From Sandarakinorhabdus sp. (GTDB lineage Bacteria > Pseudomonadota > Alphaproteobacteria > Sphingomonadales > Sphingomonadaceae), in NCBI RefSeq assembly GCF_041689835.1, contig NZ_JBDNFM010000103.1:1-46496 (forward strand): a DNA stretch of 46,496 nt, given 5' to 3'. The notes under the pieces were generated by a model. That model did not search any database, was not told where the DNA came from, and saw only the letters and a list, made by a program, of their open reading frames with translations. Within the stretch, counting starts at the first letter, position 1. The number at the start of each line of letters is the position of its first letter. The position numbers and the translations under genes are program-made. Below are positions 27,000 to 36,352 of this stretch, piece by piece.

Positions 27000-28727
27000 T
27001 CAGGCTGCTTTTGCAGCCCACACTTCGCGATAATGCTTGCGCAGCGTCACCTTGTCGATCTTTGCCGAACCCAGCTTTGGCAGTTGATCGGTGCTCATCC
27101 ACAACTTGGCCGGAATCTTGTAGGCGGCCATCCCGCTTTTCAGGAAATCCACCAGCGCATCCGGATCGAGATGCTCGCCCGGCTTGGCATAGACAACGGC
27201 GCCGACAATCTCTCCCAGCCGTTCGTCGGGCAGGCCGAACACGCTCACTTCGGCGACCGCCGGGTGGGCATAGATGGCGGATTCGACCTCTTGGCAGCTG
27301 ATATTCTCGCCGCCGCGGATGATGATATCCTTCTTGCGGTCGACGATGAACAAATAGCCTTCGTCATCCAGATACGCCAGATCGCCGCTGCGGAACCAGC
27401 CATCGCCCACAAAGGCGGCGGCGGTGGCTTCGGGCTTGTTCCAGTATCCGCGGCAGTTGGCCACCGAACGGATGCACACCTCGCCCACCACGCTGGCCGG
27501 CAGCGCGTCGCCCACCGGGCCATCGCCGGCTGCGATGCGGATTTCGACCAGGGGCGGCGAGGCGCGGCCGGTGCTGGCCGGCTTGGCGCGGTAATTTTCG
27601 CGAATATTGCCGGCGCCCACACCGTTGGTTTCAGTCAGGCCATAGCCCTGCACCGGGTGCTTGCCGGTAAATTCATGCGCCAGCCGTTCGACATGTTCGG
27701 GCGGGCGCGGGGCGCCGCCGGATGCGATATCCACCAGCGTAGACAGATCATATTTGTGCCGATCGGGATGCTGCATCAGTTCAAGGCTCATCGTCGGCAC
27801 GCCCACGAAATAGGTGCAGCGCTCCTTCTCGATCAGGCGCAGCGCCTCGCCGGCATCCCATTTGTGCATGATGATCATCTTGCGGCCGATGGCGAAGGAC
27901 ACCAGCAGCACCGGCACTAGCCCGGTGATGTGGAACAGCGGCACGTTGAGCAGCATGACCTGCTGTTCGGCAGGCGCAACGCCCTGCTTGGCCGACAATT
28001 CCAGTAGCGCCAGACCCATCACCAGATAATTCATCGACGCCGAAACCTGTGCGCGGTGGCTGGAAACCGCGCCCTTGGGCGTTCCGGTTGAGCCCGAGGT
28101 GTACATGATCGTGCAATCATCCTCGGGAGACAATTCGGGCAAATACCACATGGTGGTGGGGCTGGCCGCCAGTTCATCCTCGGCGCACACGAAACCCAAC
28201 TGGCTTGCGACTTCGTTCGAAGTGCGCACAGTGATCACGATGGCGCTGCACGACAGGGTGGCGAGGCGGCGGGCGCGCTCCTCGTCGGCGATCACGAGGC
28301 GGGCGCCCGAATCGCGGATGCCGTAATCCATCTCGTCGGCGGTCCACCAGGCGTTCATCGGGATGCACACCGCGCCCATGTGGACACAGGCGCAATAGGC
28401 AATCACCCATTCCGGATAGTTGCGCATGGCAACCCCGATCCGGTCACCCTTGGCGATGCCGTGGCGGTGTTGCAGCATGGCGGCGAAGTGCAGGCTGCGG
28501 GCATAGACGTCGGCAAAGGTCAGCCGTTCGTCGCCGAATACAATGAATTCCTTGGAGCCCTGAGCGGCGAAGAAAAACGCCATATATTCGCGCATGGTGG
28601 GCGGCGCGGCGGCAAACACCGGCAGGGTGACGCCGTGCACAGCCGCCGCTCCCACGCCCAGCGCGCCGCCGGGGGCGGTGATGCCGGCAACAACATCGTC
28701 AATGGCGGCATCAAGTGCGGATTTCAT
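27000..28727 (-). CDS. Long-chain acyl-CoA ligase (class I adenylate-forming enzyme)
   Basis: 'YTSGSTGTPKG', 'PLFH', 'GYGLTE', 'SGD', 'DRKKDIIIRGGENI', A10 'AKIDK'. Confidence 0.93.
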   Translation of the reverse strand: MKSALDAAIDDVVAGITAPGGALGVGAAAVHGVTLPVFAAAPPTMREYMAFFFAAQGSKEFIVFGDERLTFADVYARSLHFAAMLQHRHGIAKGDRIGVAMRNYPEWVIAYCACVHMGAVCIPMNAWWTADEMDYGIRDSGARLVIADEERARRLATLSCSAIVITVRTSNEVASQLGFVCAEDELAASPTTMWYLPELSPEDDCTIMYTSGSTGTPKGAVSSHRAQVSASMNYLVMGLALLELSAKQGVAPAEQQVMLLNVPLFHITGLVPVLLVSFAIGRKMIIMHKWDAGEALRLIEKERCTYFVGVPTMSLELMQHPDRHKYDLSTLVDIASGGAPRPPEHVERLAHEFTGKHPVQGYGLTETNGVGAGNIRENYRAKPASTGRASPPLVEIRIAAGDGPVGDALPASVVGEVCIRSVANCRGYWNKPEATAAAFVGDGWFRSGDLAYLDDEGYLFIVDRKKDIIIRGGENISCQEVESAIYAHPAVAEVSVFGLPDERLGEIVGAVVYAKPGEHLDPDALVDFLKSGMAAYKIPAKLWMSTDQLPKLGSAKIDKVTLRKHYREVWAAKAA

Positions 28728-28820
28728 GGCAATCGTCTCCCAAGGCTGGTGCGGCCGCTGTTCGAGGCTCTGTTACATCTTCTTAATGCCACGCCGGGTG
28801 TTGCTTGCAAGTGCAAGCGC

Positions 28821-29957
28821 TCAATACCCCAAGGTTCGCGCAATCCGGTCGCTGTGGAAGGCCGCATCGCCGAACGTCTCCTGCGCGGCGCGGGCGCGTT
28901 TCATGAAAAATCCGATATCGTAATCATCGGTCATGCCGATGCCGCCGTGCATCTGCACGCCTTCGTTGCTGGCGAGGATCGCCACCTCGCCGGCCTTGGC
29001 CTTGGCCAGGGAGACGAACATCGGCGCGCGGTCACTGCCTTCGTCGAGGGCCTGCAGCGCCTTCAATGTGGCAGATCGTGCCAATTCGATTTCGCAAAAC
29101 AGATGCGCGGCGCGGTGCTGCAGGGCCTGGAAACTGCCGATCTTCTGGCCGAACTGTTCGCGCTGCTTGAGATAATCCACCGTCATCGCAAAGCTGGTGC
29201 CCGACACGCCGAGCATCTCGGCCGCAAGGCAGGCGCGGCCGGCGTCGAGCATCTTTTCAAGGATGGCAAAGCCTTCGCCCACAGCGCCCAGCACGTCGGC
29301 GCCGTCGACCTGCACATCGGCCAGCGTGACGCGCGCCGCGCCGCGGCTGTCCACCATCGAGCGCCGGTCGATCTTCACGCCATCGGCTTGCGGATTGACC
29401 AGGAACAGCGTGATGCCGGCCTTGTCACCGGTGTCACCGCCGGTGCGCGCCGCCACGATCAGCGTGTCTGCTGCTGCGCCGTCGAGCACGAAACCCTTGA
29501 TGCCGTTCAGCTTGAAACCGTTGCCCGACGGCGTCGCGGTGGCGGCGATATGGTTGGGCTTGTGGCGCGCGGCTTCATCGGCGGCCAGCGCCAGCAAATG
29601 TTCGCCTTTTGCGATCAGCGGCAGATATTTGGCCTGCTGTTCGGGCGTGCCGCATTTAAGCGCGGTCGCACCCAGCACGGCGGTGGACAGCATCGGCGCG
29701 GCGCTGAGATTCTTGCCCATCGCCTCCATGATGATGCCGGCGGCCACATGCCCCATGTCGGCCCCGCCGTGGGCTTCGGGCACCAGGACCCCGGCAAAGC
29801 CCATCTCGGCCATCTTGGCCCAGGCATCGCGCGAAAAGCCGGCGGCGTCCTTCGCATCACGCAAGGCGCGGTGCTGAGACACGGGCGCTTCGTCCTTGAA
29901 GAACCCGTCGGCGCTGTCGCGGATCATCTGCTGGTCGTCGGTGAGGATAAGCGGCAT
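28821..29957 (-). CDS. Acyl-CoA dehydrogenase, short subunit (PimD/FadE beta-like)
   Basis: 'LKQREQFGQKIGSFQALQH', 'VQMHGGIGMT'. Truncated C-terminus lacking the IxEG motif. Confidence 0.9.
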   Translation of the reverse strand: MPLILTDDQQMIRDSADGFFKDEAPVSQHRALRDAKDAAGFSRDAWAKMAEMGFAGVLVPEAHGGADMGHVAAGIIMEAMGKNLSAAPMLSTAVLGATALKCGTPEQQAKYLPLIAKGEHLLALAADEAARHKPNHIAATATPSGNGFKLNGIKGFVLDGAAADTLIVAARTGGDTGDKAGITLFLVNPQADGVKIDRRSMVDSRGAARVTLADVQVDGADVLGAVGEGFAILEKMLDAGRACLAAEMLGVSGTSFAMTVDYLKQREQFGQKIGSFQALQHRAAHLFCEIELARSATLKALQALDEGSDRAPMFVSLAKAKAGEVAILASNEGVQMHGGIGMTDDYDIGFFMKRARAAQETFGDAAFHSDRIARTLGY

Positions 29958-29960
29958 TGA

Positions 29961-31175
29961 TCAGGCTCCCGGCAGTTCGAGCACGCGCTTGGCGATGATG
30001 TTCAATTGCACTTCCGATGTGCCGCCTTCGATGGAATTGGCGCGGCTGCGCAGCCACGAGCGGGCCAGATCGCCCTCTCCCTTTTCTTCGCCTTCCCCAA
30101 GGCTTTCCCACACCAGGCCGTCCGAACCCCGGATCGACATCAGCAGTTCCATGCGTTCCTTGTTGAGCTCGGTGCCGTAATATTTCAGCATCGAACTCAA
30201 GGCACCCGTGCCTTGGCCGGTTTTTGCTTCGGCCAGCACCCGCTCCATTGTCAGCGAAAACGCCAGCGCGTTCATCTCGTGACGAGCGATGTCGGTGCGC
30301 AGCGCGGTATCGGCCAGAATCGCGGCATCCAGCCCGATGAGCCGTTTGGCGATGTTCGACACACTGTCCCGCTGGCCGCCACCGGTGGAATCGCTGCCGC
30401 CGATCATGTCGCGTTCGTGGGTGAGCAGATATTTGGCGATGTCCCAGCCCTTGCCGGGGGTGCCCATCAGGTTTTCCTTGGGCACCTTCACATTGTCGAA
30501 AAACGTCTGGCAAAACGGCGACGAGCCGGAGATCAGCCTGATGGGGCTGGTCGAAACGCCTTCCGATGCCATGTCGAACAACAGGAAACTGATGCCCTGA
30601 TGCTTGGGCCCGCTGCTGTCGGTGCGCACCAGGCAGAAAATCCAGTCTGCCTTGTCGGCGTAAGACGTCCACACCTTGGAGCCGTTGACGAGATAATGGT
30701 CGCCCCCCACTGGATCAGCAACGTCCTCGGCACTGGTCCGCAGCGAGGCGAGGTCAGAGCCCGCGCCCGGTTCCGAATAACCCTGACACCAGCGAATCTC
30801 ACCGCGCGCGATTCGGGGCAGATGCTCCAGCTTCTGCGCTTCGTTGCCATATTTCAGCAGCGCCGGGCCGAGCATCCACACACCGAAACTGGACAACGGC
30901 GAACGCGCCTTGATGCGGCGCAATTCTTCGCTCAGCACCTTGGTTTCGTCGCGGGTCAACCCGCCGCCGCCATATTCGCTGGGCCATTCCGGCACCGTCC
31001 AGCCTTTGGCGCCCATCCGCTCCAGCCACAGGCGCTGGGCCTCGTTCTTGAATGTGACCCTGCGGCCGCCCCAGCACACGTCGTCATCTTCGCGGATCGG
31101 CTCGCGCATTTCGGGCGGGCAGTTTGCTTCCAGCCAGGCGCGCGTATCGGCGCGGAATGCCTCGAGATCTGACAT
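29961..31175 (-). CDS. Acyl-CoA dehydrogenase, long subunit (PimC/FadE alpha-like)
   Basis: 'WCQGYSEPGAGSDLASL', 'NGSKVWTS', 'SIEGGTSEVQLNIIA'. Confidence 0.92.
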   Translation of the reverse strand: MSDLEAFRADTRAWLEANCPPEMREPIREDDDVCWGGRRVTFKNEAQRLWLERMGAKGWTVPEWPSEYGGGGLTRDETKVLSEELRRIKARSPLSSFGVWMLGPALLKYGNEAQKLEHLPRIARGEIRWCQGYSEPGAGSDLASLRTSAEDVADPVGGDHYLVNGSKVWTSYADKADWIFCLVRTDSSGPKHQGISFLLFDMASEGVSTSPIRLISGSSPFCQTFFDNVKVPKENLMGTPGKGWDIAKYLLTHERDMIGGSDSTGGGQRDSVSNIAKRLIGLDAAILADTALRTDIARHEMNALAFSLTMERVLAEAKTGQGTGALSSMLKYYGTELNKERMELLMSIRGSDGLVWESLGEGEEKGEGDLARSWLRSRANSIEGGTSEVQLNIIAKRVLELPGA

Positions 31176-31262
31176 TATTCGTCTCCCACTGGAAATATCC
31201 TTGGGTCACCTTATGCTGCGCCGGGCGTGCCGCGCAAAGCTGGCAGATGATGTAGAGGCAAG

Positions 31263-32120
31263 ATGTTCCCTGATCTGATGACGGCGGCCGTGGATTTCGC
31301 TGCGCTGCCGGTGCGGCCCGACGCCTTCACTATTCCCGCGTTCACCATCGCCGGCAGTGAATGGGGGCCGTTTGCGCTGCGCTGGTACAGCCTGGCCTAT
31401 ATTGTCGGCATCGCCGGGGCCTGGTTTTTGCTCAGCCGCATGATCCGCAAGCCCGCCGCTCCGCTCAGCGAAAAACAGCTCGACGATTTCATCACCTGGG
31501 CAACGCTTGGCGTGATCGGCGGCGGCCGGCTGGGTTATGTGCTGTTTTACAATCCCGGCAAATACATGGCCGATCCGATGGAAATCCTGCGCCTGTGGGA
31601 TGGCGGCATGAGCTTTCATGGCGGCTGTTTCGGGGTGGTCGCCGCGTGTTTTCTGCACGGCTGGTTCGCCAAATACAGCGGCCTGCGGTTGCTGGATTTT
31701 GTCGCCACCGTCACGCCGCTGGGCCTGGGGCTGGGGCGTGTGGCCAACTTCGTCAATGGTGAGCTGTGGGGCCGCCCCACCGGCACGGATTGGGGCATCA
31801 TTTTCCCCGACGCCGGCCCGGAGCCGCGGCACCCCAGCCAGCTGTATGAGGCTGGCCTTGAAGGCGGCGTGTTGTTCATTCTGCTCACGCTTTTGTTCTG
31901 GTTCACGCCGGCGCGGCTGCGGCCCGGGTTGCTGGCGGGCGTGTTCGGCATCGGTTATGGTCTGTCGCGCTACATCGTTGAAAATTATCGCGAGCCGGAT
32001 CGGCAATTGGGTATTTTGCAAAGCGGCCTCACAATGGGCCAGACGCTCACGCTGCCGCTGATCGCTGCCGGGCTGCTCCTGCTGGTGATGGCGCTGGTGC
32101 GCAAGCCCGTATCGGCGTGA
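31263..32120 (+). CDS. lgt: Prolipoprotein diacylglyceryl transferase
   Basis: 'RWY.LAY', 'GGRLGYVLFY', 'GGMSFHGG', 'GRVANFVNGELWGR', 'HPSQLYE', 'E.YREPD'. Start 31263 or 31278. Confidence 0.97.
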   Translation: MFPDLMTAAVDFAALPVRPDAFTIPAFTIAGSEWGPFALRWYSLAYIVGIAGAWFLLSRMIRKPAAPLSEKQLDDFITWATLGVIGGGRLGYVLFYNPGKYMADPMEILRLWDGGMSFHGGCFGVVAACFLHGWFAKYSGLRLLDFVATVTPLGLGLGRVANFVNGELWGRPTGTDWGIIFPDAGPEPRHPSQLYEAGLEGGVLFILLTLLFWFTPARLRPGLLAGVFGIGYGLSRYIVENYREPDRQLGILQSGLTMGQTLTLPLIAAGLLLLVMALVRKPVSA

Positions 32121-33163
32121 GCTCCACCTCCAACCTCGCGCAAATATTGGCGGCCCGCATCGCAGCCGACGGCCCGCTGCGGCTGGATGCGTGGATGGCC
32201 GCGTGCAATGCCGCCTATTACGGCGGTGAAGACCCGTTGGGCCGCGATTTCACCACCGCGCCGGAAATCAGCCAGATGTTCGGCGAGATGATCGGCGGCT
32301 GGGTGGGTGATCTGTGGCTGCGCGCGGGCAAGCCGCCGCTGCATCTGGTTGAACTCGGCCCTGGCCACGGCAGCCTGATGGCCGATGCGCTGCGTTTGCT
32401 GGGCCGGCTGCCGGGCTTTGTTGCCAGCGCCGGGCTCCATCTGGTCGAAACCAGCCTGGCCCTGCGCGCCGTCCAGCGCGCGCGACTTGCCGGCTGGTCG
32501 GCGCAGTGGCACGATCGCGTGGATCAATTGCCCACCGATCGCCCGCTGATCATCGTCGCCAACGAATTTTTCGATGCGCTGCCGATCCGCCAGCGTCGCG
32601 CGGGCACTGAATTGCATGTCGGTTTTGAATCTGGCCTGTTTGGCCCCGCGTGGCTGGCCGCCGAAGGCCCCAATTCGGAATGGAGCGAAGCCGCGCAGGC
32701 GATTCTGGGGCATTTGGCAGGCCGGCTGGCAGCGCAGGGCGGCGCCATGCTGATTGTCGATTACGGATATGGCGGCCAGGTGATCGAGAGCGTGCCGCTC
32801 GACACGTTGCAGGCCGTGCATCGCGGCGGACGGGTCAGCCCGTTCCATGATCCCGGCACCCACGATCTCACCGCGCATGTCGATTTCAGCGCGCTCGCCG
32901 CCATCGCGCACGGGCGCGGGCTGGCCGTACATGGCCCGGTGGCGCAAGGCGCGCTGCTCGGGGATCTTGGCATCGCGGCGCGGGCCGAGGCCTTGAAACA
33001 GGGCAAGCCCGCGCATGAAGCTGGCGCCGTTACCGCCGCGGTGTTGCGGCTGACAGCGCCGCAACAAATGGGCGCGATTTTCCGCGCCGTGGGCGTAACC
33101 GCGCCGGGCTGGCCGGTGCCGGCCGGATTTGGCAATCGGGGCCTTGAAGGGGCAGGTGCATGA
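32117..33163 (+). CDS. SAM-dependent methyltransferase, MidA/NDUFAF7 family
   Basis: 'DFTTAPEISQMFGE', 'VELGPG.G', 'ANEFFDALP', 'DYG', 'DLTAHVDF', 'MG..F'. GTGA overlap with lgt. Confidence 0.93.
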   Translation: MSSTSNLAQILAARIAADGPLRLDAWMAACNAAYYGGEDPLGRDFTTAPEISQMFGEMIGGWVGDLWLRAGKPPLHLVELGPGHGSLMADALRLLGRLPGFVASAGLHLVETSLALRAVQRARLAGWSAQWHDRVDQLPTDRPLIIVANEFFDALPIRQRRAGTELHVGFESGLFGPAWLAAEGPNSEWSEAAQAILGHLAGRLAAQGGAMLIVDYGYGGQVIESVPLDTLQAVHRGGRVSPFHDPGTHDLTAHVDFSALAAIAHGRGLAVHGPVAQGALLGDLGIAARAEALKQGKPAHEAGAVTAAVLRLTAPQQMGAIFRAVGVTAPGWPVPAGFGNRGLEGAGA

Positions 33164-33681
33164 ACCAGTCGGCGATCAGCTACCGCGATGCTGGCCCGGC
33201 CGATGGGCAGGTGTTGGGCGGTATCGCGCGCGCCACCTTCATCGATGCGTTCGGCGCGCTGTACAAACTTGACGATCTGGCGAGCTTCCTCGCGCAGGGC
33301 AGCGATACAGCTTATGCCGCCGAACTGGCGGATGCCGATATCCAGGCGCGCTTTGCGCTGACCGGCGGCGCGCCGATCGGGTTTTGCAAGATCAGCCGGC
33401 TGATGCTGCCGGCCCCCGATCCCGCCCCCGGCGCGATGGAGCTGCGCCAGCTTTATCTTTACAAGCCGTGGCACGGCCTCAAGATCGCCGACGCGCTGAC
33501 CGAGTGGGCCAAGGATCAGGCGCGCAAACGCGGCGCGCCCGAAATCTGGCTGAGCGTGTTCACCGAAAACAGCCGTGCGCGGCGTTTCTATGCTCGCCAC
33601 GGATTTGCGGAAATTGCGCCCTACCACTTCATGGTGGGCACCCAAGCCGACAAGGATATCCTGTGCCGGGCGACACTGTAG
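33160..33681 (+). CDS. GNAT-family N-acetyltransferase (PaiA-like)
   Basis: 'ELRQLY', 'IWLSV..EN.RA.RFY.RHGF'. ATGA overlap with the upstream gene. Confidence 0.9.
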   Translation: MNQSAISYRDAGPADGQVLGGIARATFIDAFGALYKLDDLASFLAQGSDTAYAAELADADIQARFALTGGAPIGFCKISRLMLPAPDPAPGAMELRQLYLYKPWHGLKIADALTEWAKDQARKRGAPEIWLSVFTENSRARRFYARHGFAEIAPYHFMVGTQADKDILCRATL

Positions 33682-34457
33682 AATTCCTCACCGCGCCCGT
33701 GCTGGTAGGGGTGCGCCACGGCTTTTGCACGCGCCTGGGCGGCGTGTCGCAGGGTGTGTTCGCCAGCCTGAATGTCGGGCTGGGCAGCAGCGATGATCGC
33801 GGCCATGTGCTGGAAAACCGCCGCCGCGCGGTCGGTGCAATTGCTCCGCAGGCGGCGCTGGTGACGCTGCATCAGGTGCATTCGGCCACGGTCATCCCCG
33901 TCACCGCCGCCTTCCCCGATGACGCGCGCCCGCCCGCCGATGCGATGGTCACCGCCACGCCCGGCCTCGCGCTCGGCATCCTCACCGCCGATTGCGCGCC
34001 GATCCTTTTTGCCGACGCCGCCGCCGGCGTCATCGGCGCGGCGCATTCGGGGTGGAAAGGCGCGCTTGCCGATATTGGCCCAGCGACAGTGGCGGCGATG
34101 GAGGCACTCGGCGCCCGGCGCGAGCGCATCGTTGCCGCCATCGGGCCGACCATCGCCCGCGCCAGTTACGAGGTCGATCTGGCTTTTCGCGACCGGTTCT
34201 GCGCCGCCGACCCTGAGCATGATGCGTTCTTCATGCCGGGCGCTTTTGGCAGCAAGCCCGGCCACAATGGTCGCAAATATCAGTTCGATCTGGAAGGCTT
34301 CATCGCCGCCCGCCTCGCCGCCGCCGGGGTGCGCACCGTGGCAGCATTGGGGGTGGACACCTACAAGGACGGCGCGCGCTGGTTCAGCTTCCGCCGCACC
34401 ACCCACCGCGGTGAGCCGGATTATGGCCGGCAGCTTTCGATAATTGCCTTGGGGTAA
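33663..34457 (+). CDS. pgeF: Peptidoglycan editing factor / purine nucleoside phosphorylase YfiH
   Basis: GTG 33663 after AAGGA. 'HGF.TR.GGVS', 'SLN', 'QVHS', 'TADCAPIL', 'AAHSGWKG', 'IGPTI', 'FSFRR'. Confidence 0.93.
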   Translation: MPGDTVEFLTAPVLVGVRHGFCTRLGGVSQGVFASLNVGLGSSDDRGHVLENRRRAVGAIAPQAALVTLHQVHSATVIPVTAAFPDDARPPADAMVTATPGLALGILTADCAPILFADAAAGVIGAAHSGWKGALADIGPATVAAMEALGARRERIVAAIGPTIARASYEVDLAFRDRFCAADPEHDAFFMPGAFGSKPGHNGRKYQFDLEGFIAARLAAAGVRTVAALGVDTYKDGARWFSFRRTTHRGEPDYGRQLSIIALG

Positions 34458-34513
34458 GGACACTTCACTCCGGGATTCCCTTTTCCCCGCCCAGCCCGTA
34501 ACGTTGCCACTGC

Positions 34514-35431
34514 ATGGACATCTATCTGCCCATTGCCGAAATGTCGGTGAATGCGCTGCTCATCATCCTGCTGGGTGGGGCGGTTGGCTTTCTGTCGGGC
34601 ATGTTCGGGGTGGGCGGCGGCTTTCTCACCACGCCGCTATTGATCTTTTACGGCATCCCGCCGGCTGTCGCCGTCGCCTCCTCCGCCACGCAGATCACCG
34701 GTTCGTCGGTCTCGGGCGCGCTGGCCTATTTTGAACGCGGCCAGGTTGATTTGCGCATGGGCGGCGTGCTGGTTGCCGGCGGGCTGGTCGGAGCCGGCAT
34801 CGGGCAGGTCGTATTTTCCGTGCTGCAAAAACTCGGCCAGATCGATGTGGTGATCAGCCTGGTTTATGTGATCTTCCTGTCGGCGATCGGCAGCCTGATG
34901 CTGCGCGATGCACTGGCGGCGTTGAAGGCGGCTCGGTCTTGCGAAGCGCTGCCAACGCGCCGCGGCCGCCACCTGCCGTGGGTGGCGGCGCTGCCGTGGA
35001 AGATGCGCTTTCCCCGTTCCGGCCTGTATATCTCGCCGCTGGCGCCGCTGCTGCTTGGCGCCTGCGTGGGCGTGCTCACTGTTATCATGGGCATCGGCGG
35101 CGGTTTCATCATGGTGCCGGCGATGGTCTATATCCTGGGCATGCGCGCGCAGGCGGTGGTGGGCACATCACTGTTCCAGATCATCTTCGTGACGGCGGCA
35201 ACAACGCTGCTGCACGCCACCGCATCCAAAAGCGTCGATATCGTGCTGGCGCTGCTGCTGCTGGTGGGCGGGGTGACCGGCGCGCAGCTGGGCGTGCGGG
35301 CGGCGCAGAAACTCTCGCCCAATCGGTTGCGGCTGGCACTGGCGCTGATCGTGCTCGCCGTCGCCATCCGGCTGTTGGTCGGCCTCACCCTCACGCCGGC
35401 CGAACCCTTTGCCTTGTTCGAGGGCGCATGA
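34514..35431 (+). CDS. TauE/SafE (TSUP) family membrane transporter
   Basis: 'MDIYLPIAE', with repeated 'GMFGVGGGFL.TP' and 'MGIGGGFIMVP' halves. Confidence 0.92.
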   Translation: MDIYLPIAEMSVNALLIILLGGAVGFLSGMFGVGGGFLTTPLLIFYGIPPAVAVASSATQITGSSVSGALAYFERGQVDLRMGGVLVAGGLVGAGIGQVVFSVLQKLGQIDVVISLVYVIFLSAIGSLMLRDALAALKAARSCEALPTRRGRHLPWVAALPWKMRFPRSGLYISPLAPLLLGACVGVLTVIMGIGGGFIMVPAMVYILGMRAQAVVGTSLFQIIFVTAATTLLHATASKSVDIVLALLLLVGGVTGAQLGVRAAQKLSPNRLRLALALIVLAVAIRLLVGLTLTPAEPFALFEGA

Positions 35432-36189
35432 CGGCGCGCGCGTGTCTGGCCATCGGCTTGTGGCTGATGCTGGCCGGTGCTGCGCCGATCCGGCTGATCA
35501 CCCAGCTTTCCCAGGCACGCATCGACATCAACACAACCTTTCGTGGCTCCGAAATGCTGGTGTTCGGTGCGATTCAATATCCGCAAGGCACAGTGCCCGA
35601 TGCGCCGCCCGATATTGCCGTGGTGGTGCGCGGGCCGTCGGCGCCGGTAACAGTGCGCCAAAAGGCGCGCATCGCCGGCATTTGGGTGAATGCCAAGGGT
35701 GTACGGTTTGAATCGGTGCCGGGTTTCTATGCCGTGGCGACCACCCGGCCCATCGCCGCGCTGGCCGATGAACGCACGACCGCCATCTATGAAATCGGCA
35801 TCCGCAACCTGCAGTTGTCACCGGCCAGCGGCGAGGAGGACGAGATCAGCCGCGCCTTTGAAGCCGGCCTGATCGCGGCGCGCGAAAAGGCCGGGCTGTT
35901 CGCCGAACGACCGGGCGGCGTTCAGATTACCCGCGGCGTGCTTTATGCTGCGCGCATCGCACTGCCAGCGGCGGTGCCGGTGGGCGATTACACCGCCGAA
36001 ATCCACCTTGTTCGCCAGGGCCGGGTTTTGGCCAGCACCTCGGCGCCGTTCGTGATCGGGAAATCGGGTTTCGAACGCTGGGTTTATGTGATGGCGCAGG
36101 AAAACAGCCTGCTCTATGGGCTGGCCGCCGTGATGGCAGCATTGGCGGCCGGCGCGCTGGCGGCACTGGTCACGCGGCGTCGTTGGTAG
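35428..36189 (+). CDS. Alphaproteobacterial conserved membrane protein (TIGR02186-like)
   Basis: ATGA overlap with TauE. 'I.I...F.G...LVFGAI', 'VR.K.RIAGIWVN', 'K.GFER', C-terminal TM. This is the usual TauE partner. Confidence 0.85.
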   Translation: MTARACLAIGLWLMLAGAAPIRLITQLSQARIDINTTFRGSEMLVFGAIQYPQGTVPDAPPDIAVVVRGPSAPVTVRQKARIAGIWVNAKGVRFESVPGFYAVATTRPIAALADERTTAIYEIGIRNLQLSPASGEEDEISRAFEAGLIAAREKAGLFAERPGGVQITRGVLYAARIALPAAVPVGDYTAEIHLVRQGRVLASTSAPFVIGKSGFERWVYVMAQENSLLYGLAAVMAALAAGALAALVTRRRW

Positions 36190-36352
36190 GGGCGCTGGTA
36201 GGGGTTTTCACCCACCAATATTCGACTCGCGTCCAGCCCCTTTTTCGGTTACTTCCGGTAGTGGGGCAATCTGGACCGCATGTTGTGAATAATTCATCGC
36301 ATCGCCCAGCAAGCGCCGATTTCAGACAGACAGCTACGGATTTGGAAATTAA

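Noticed and set aside
28821-29957. Short ACAD as a pseudogene (no C-terminal IxEG motif)
   Set aside because: This is typical of the beta subunit of heteromeric ACAD pairs (PimC/PimD, FadE types), and the ORF is intact.
33384-33700. GNAT-pgeF frameshift or fusion
   Set aside because: pgeF has its own GTG (33663) with an AAGGA SD, so a simple 19-nt overlap explains it.
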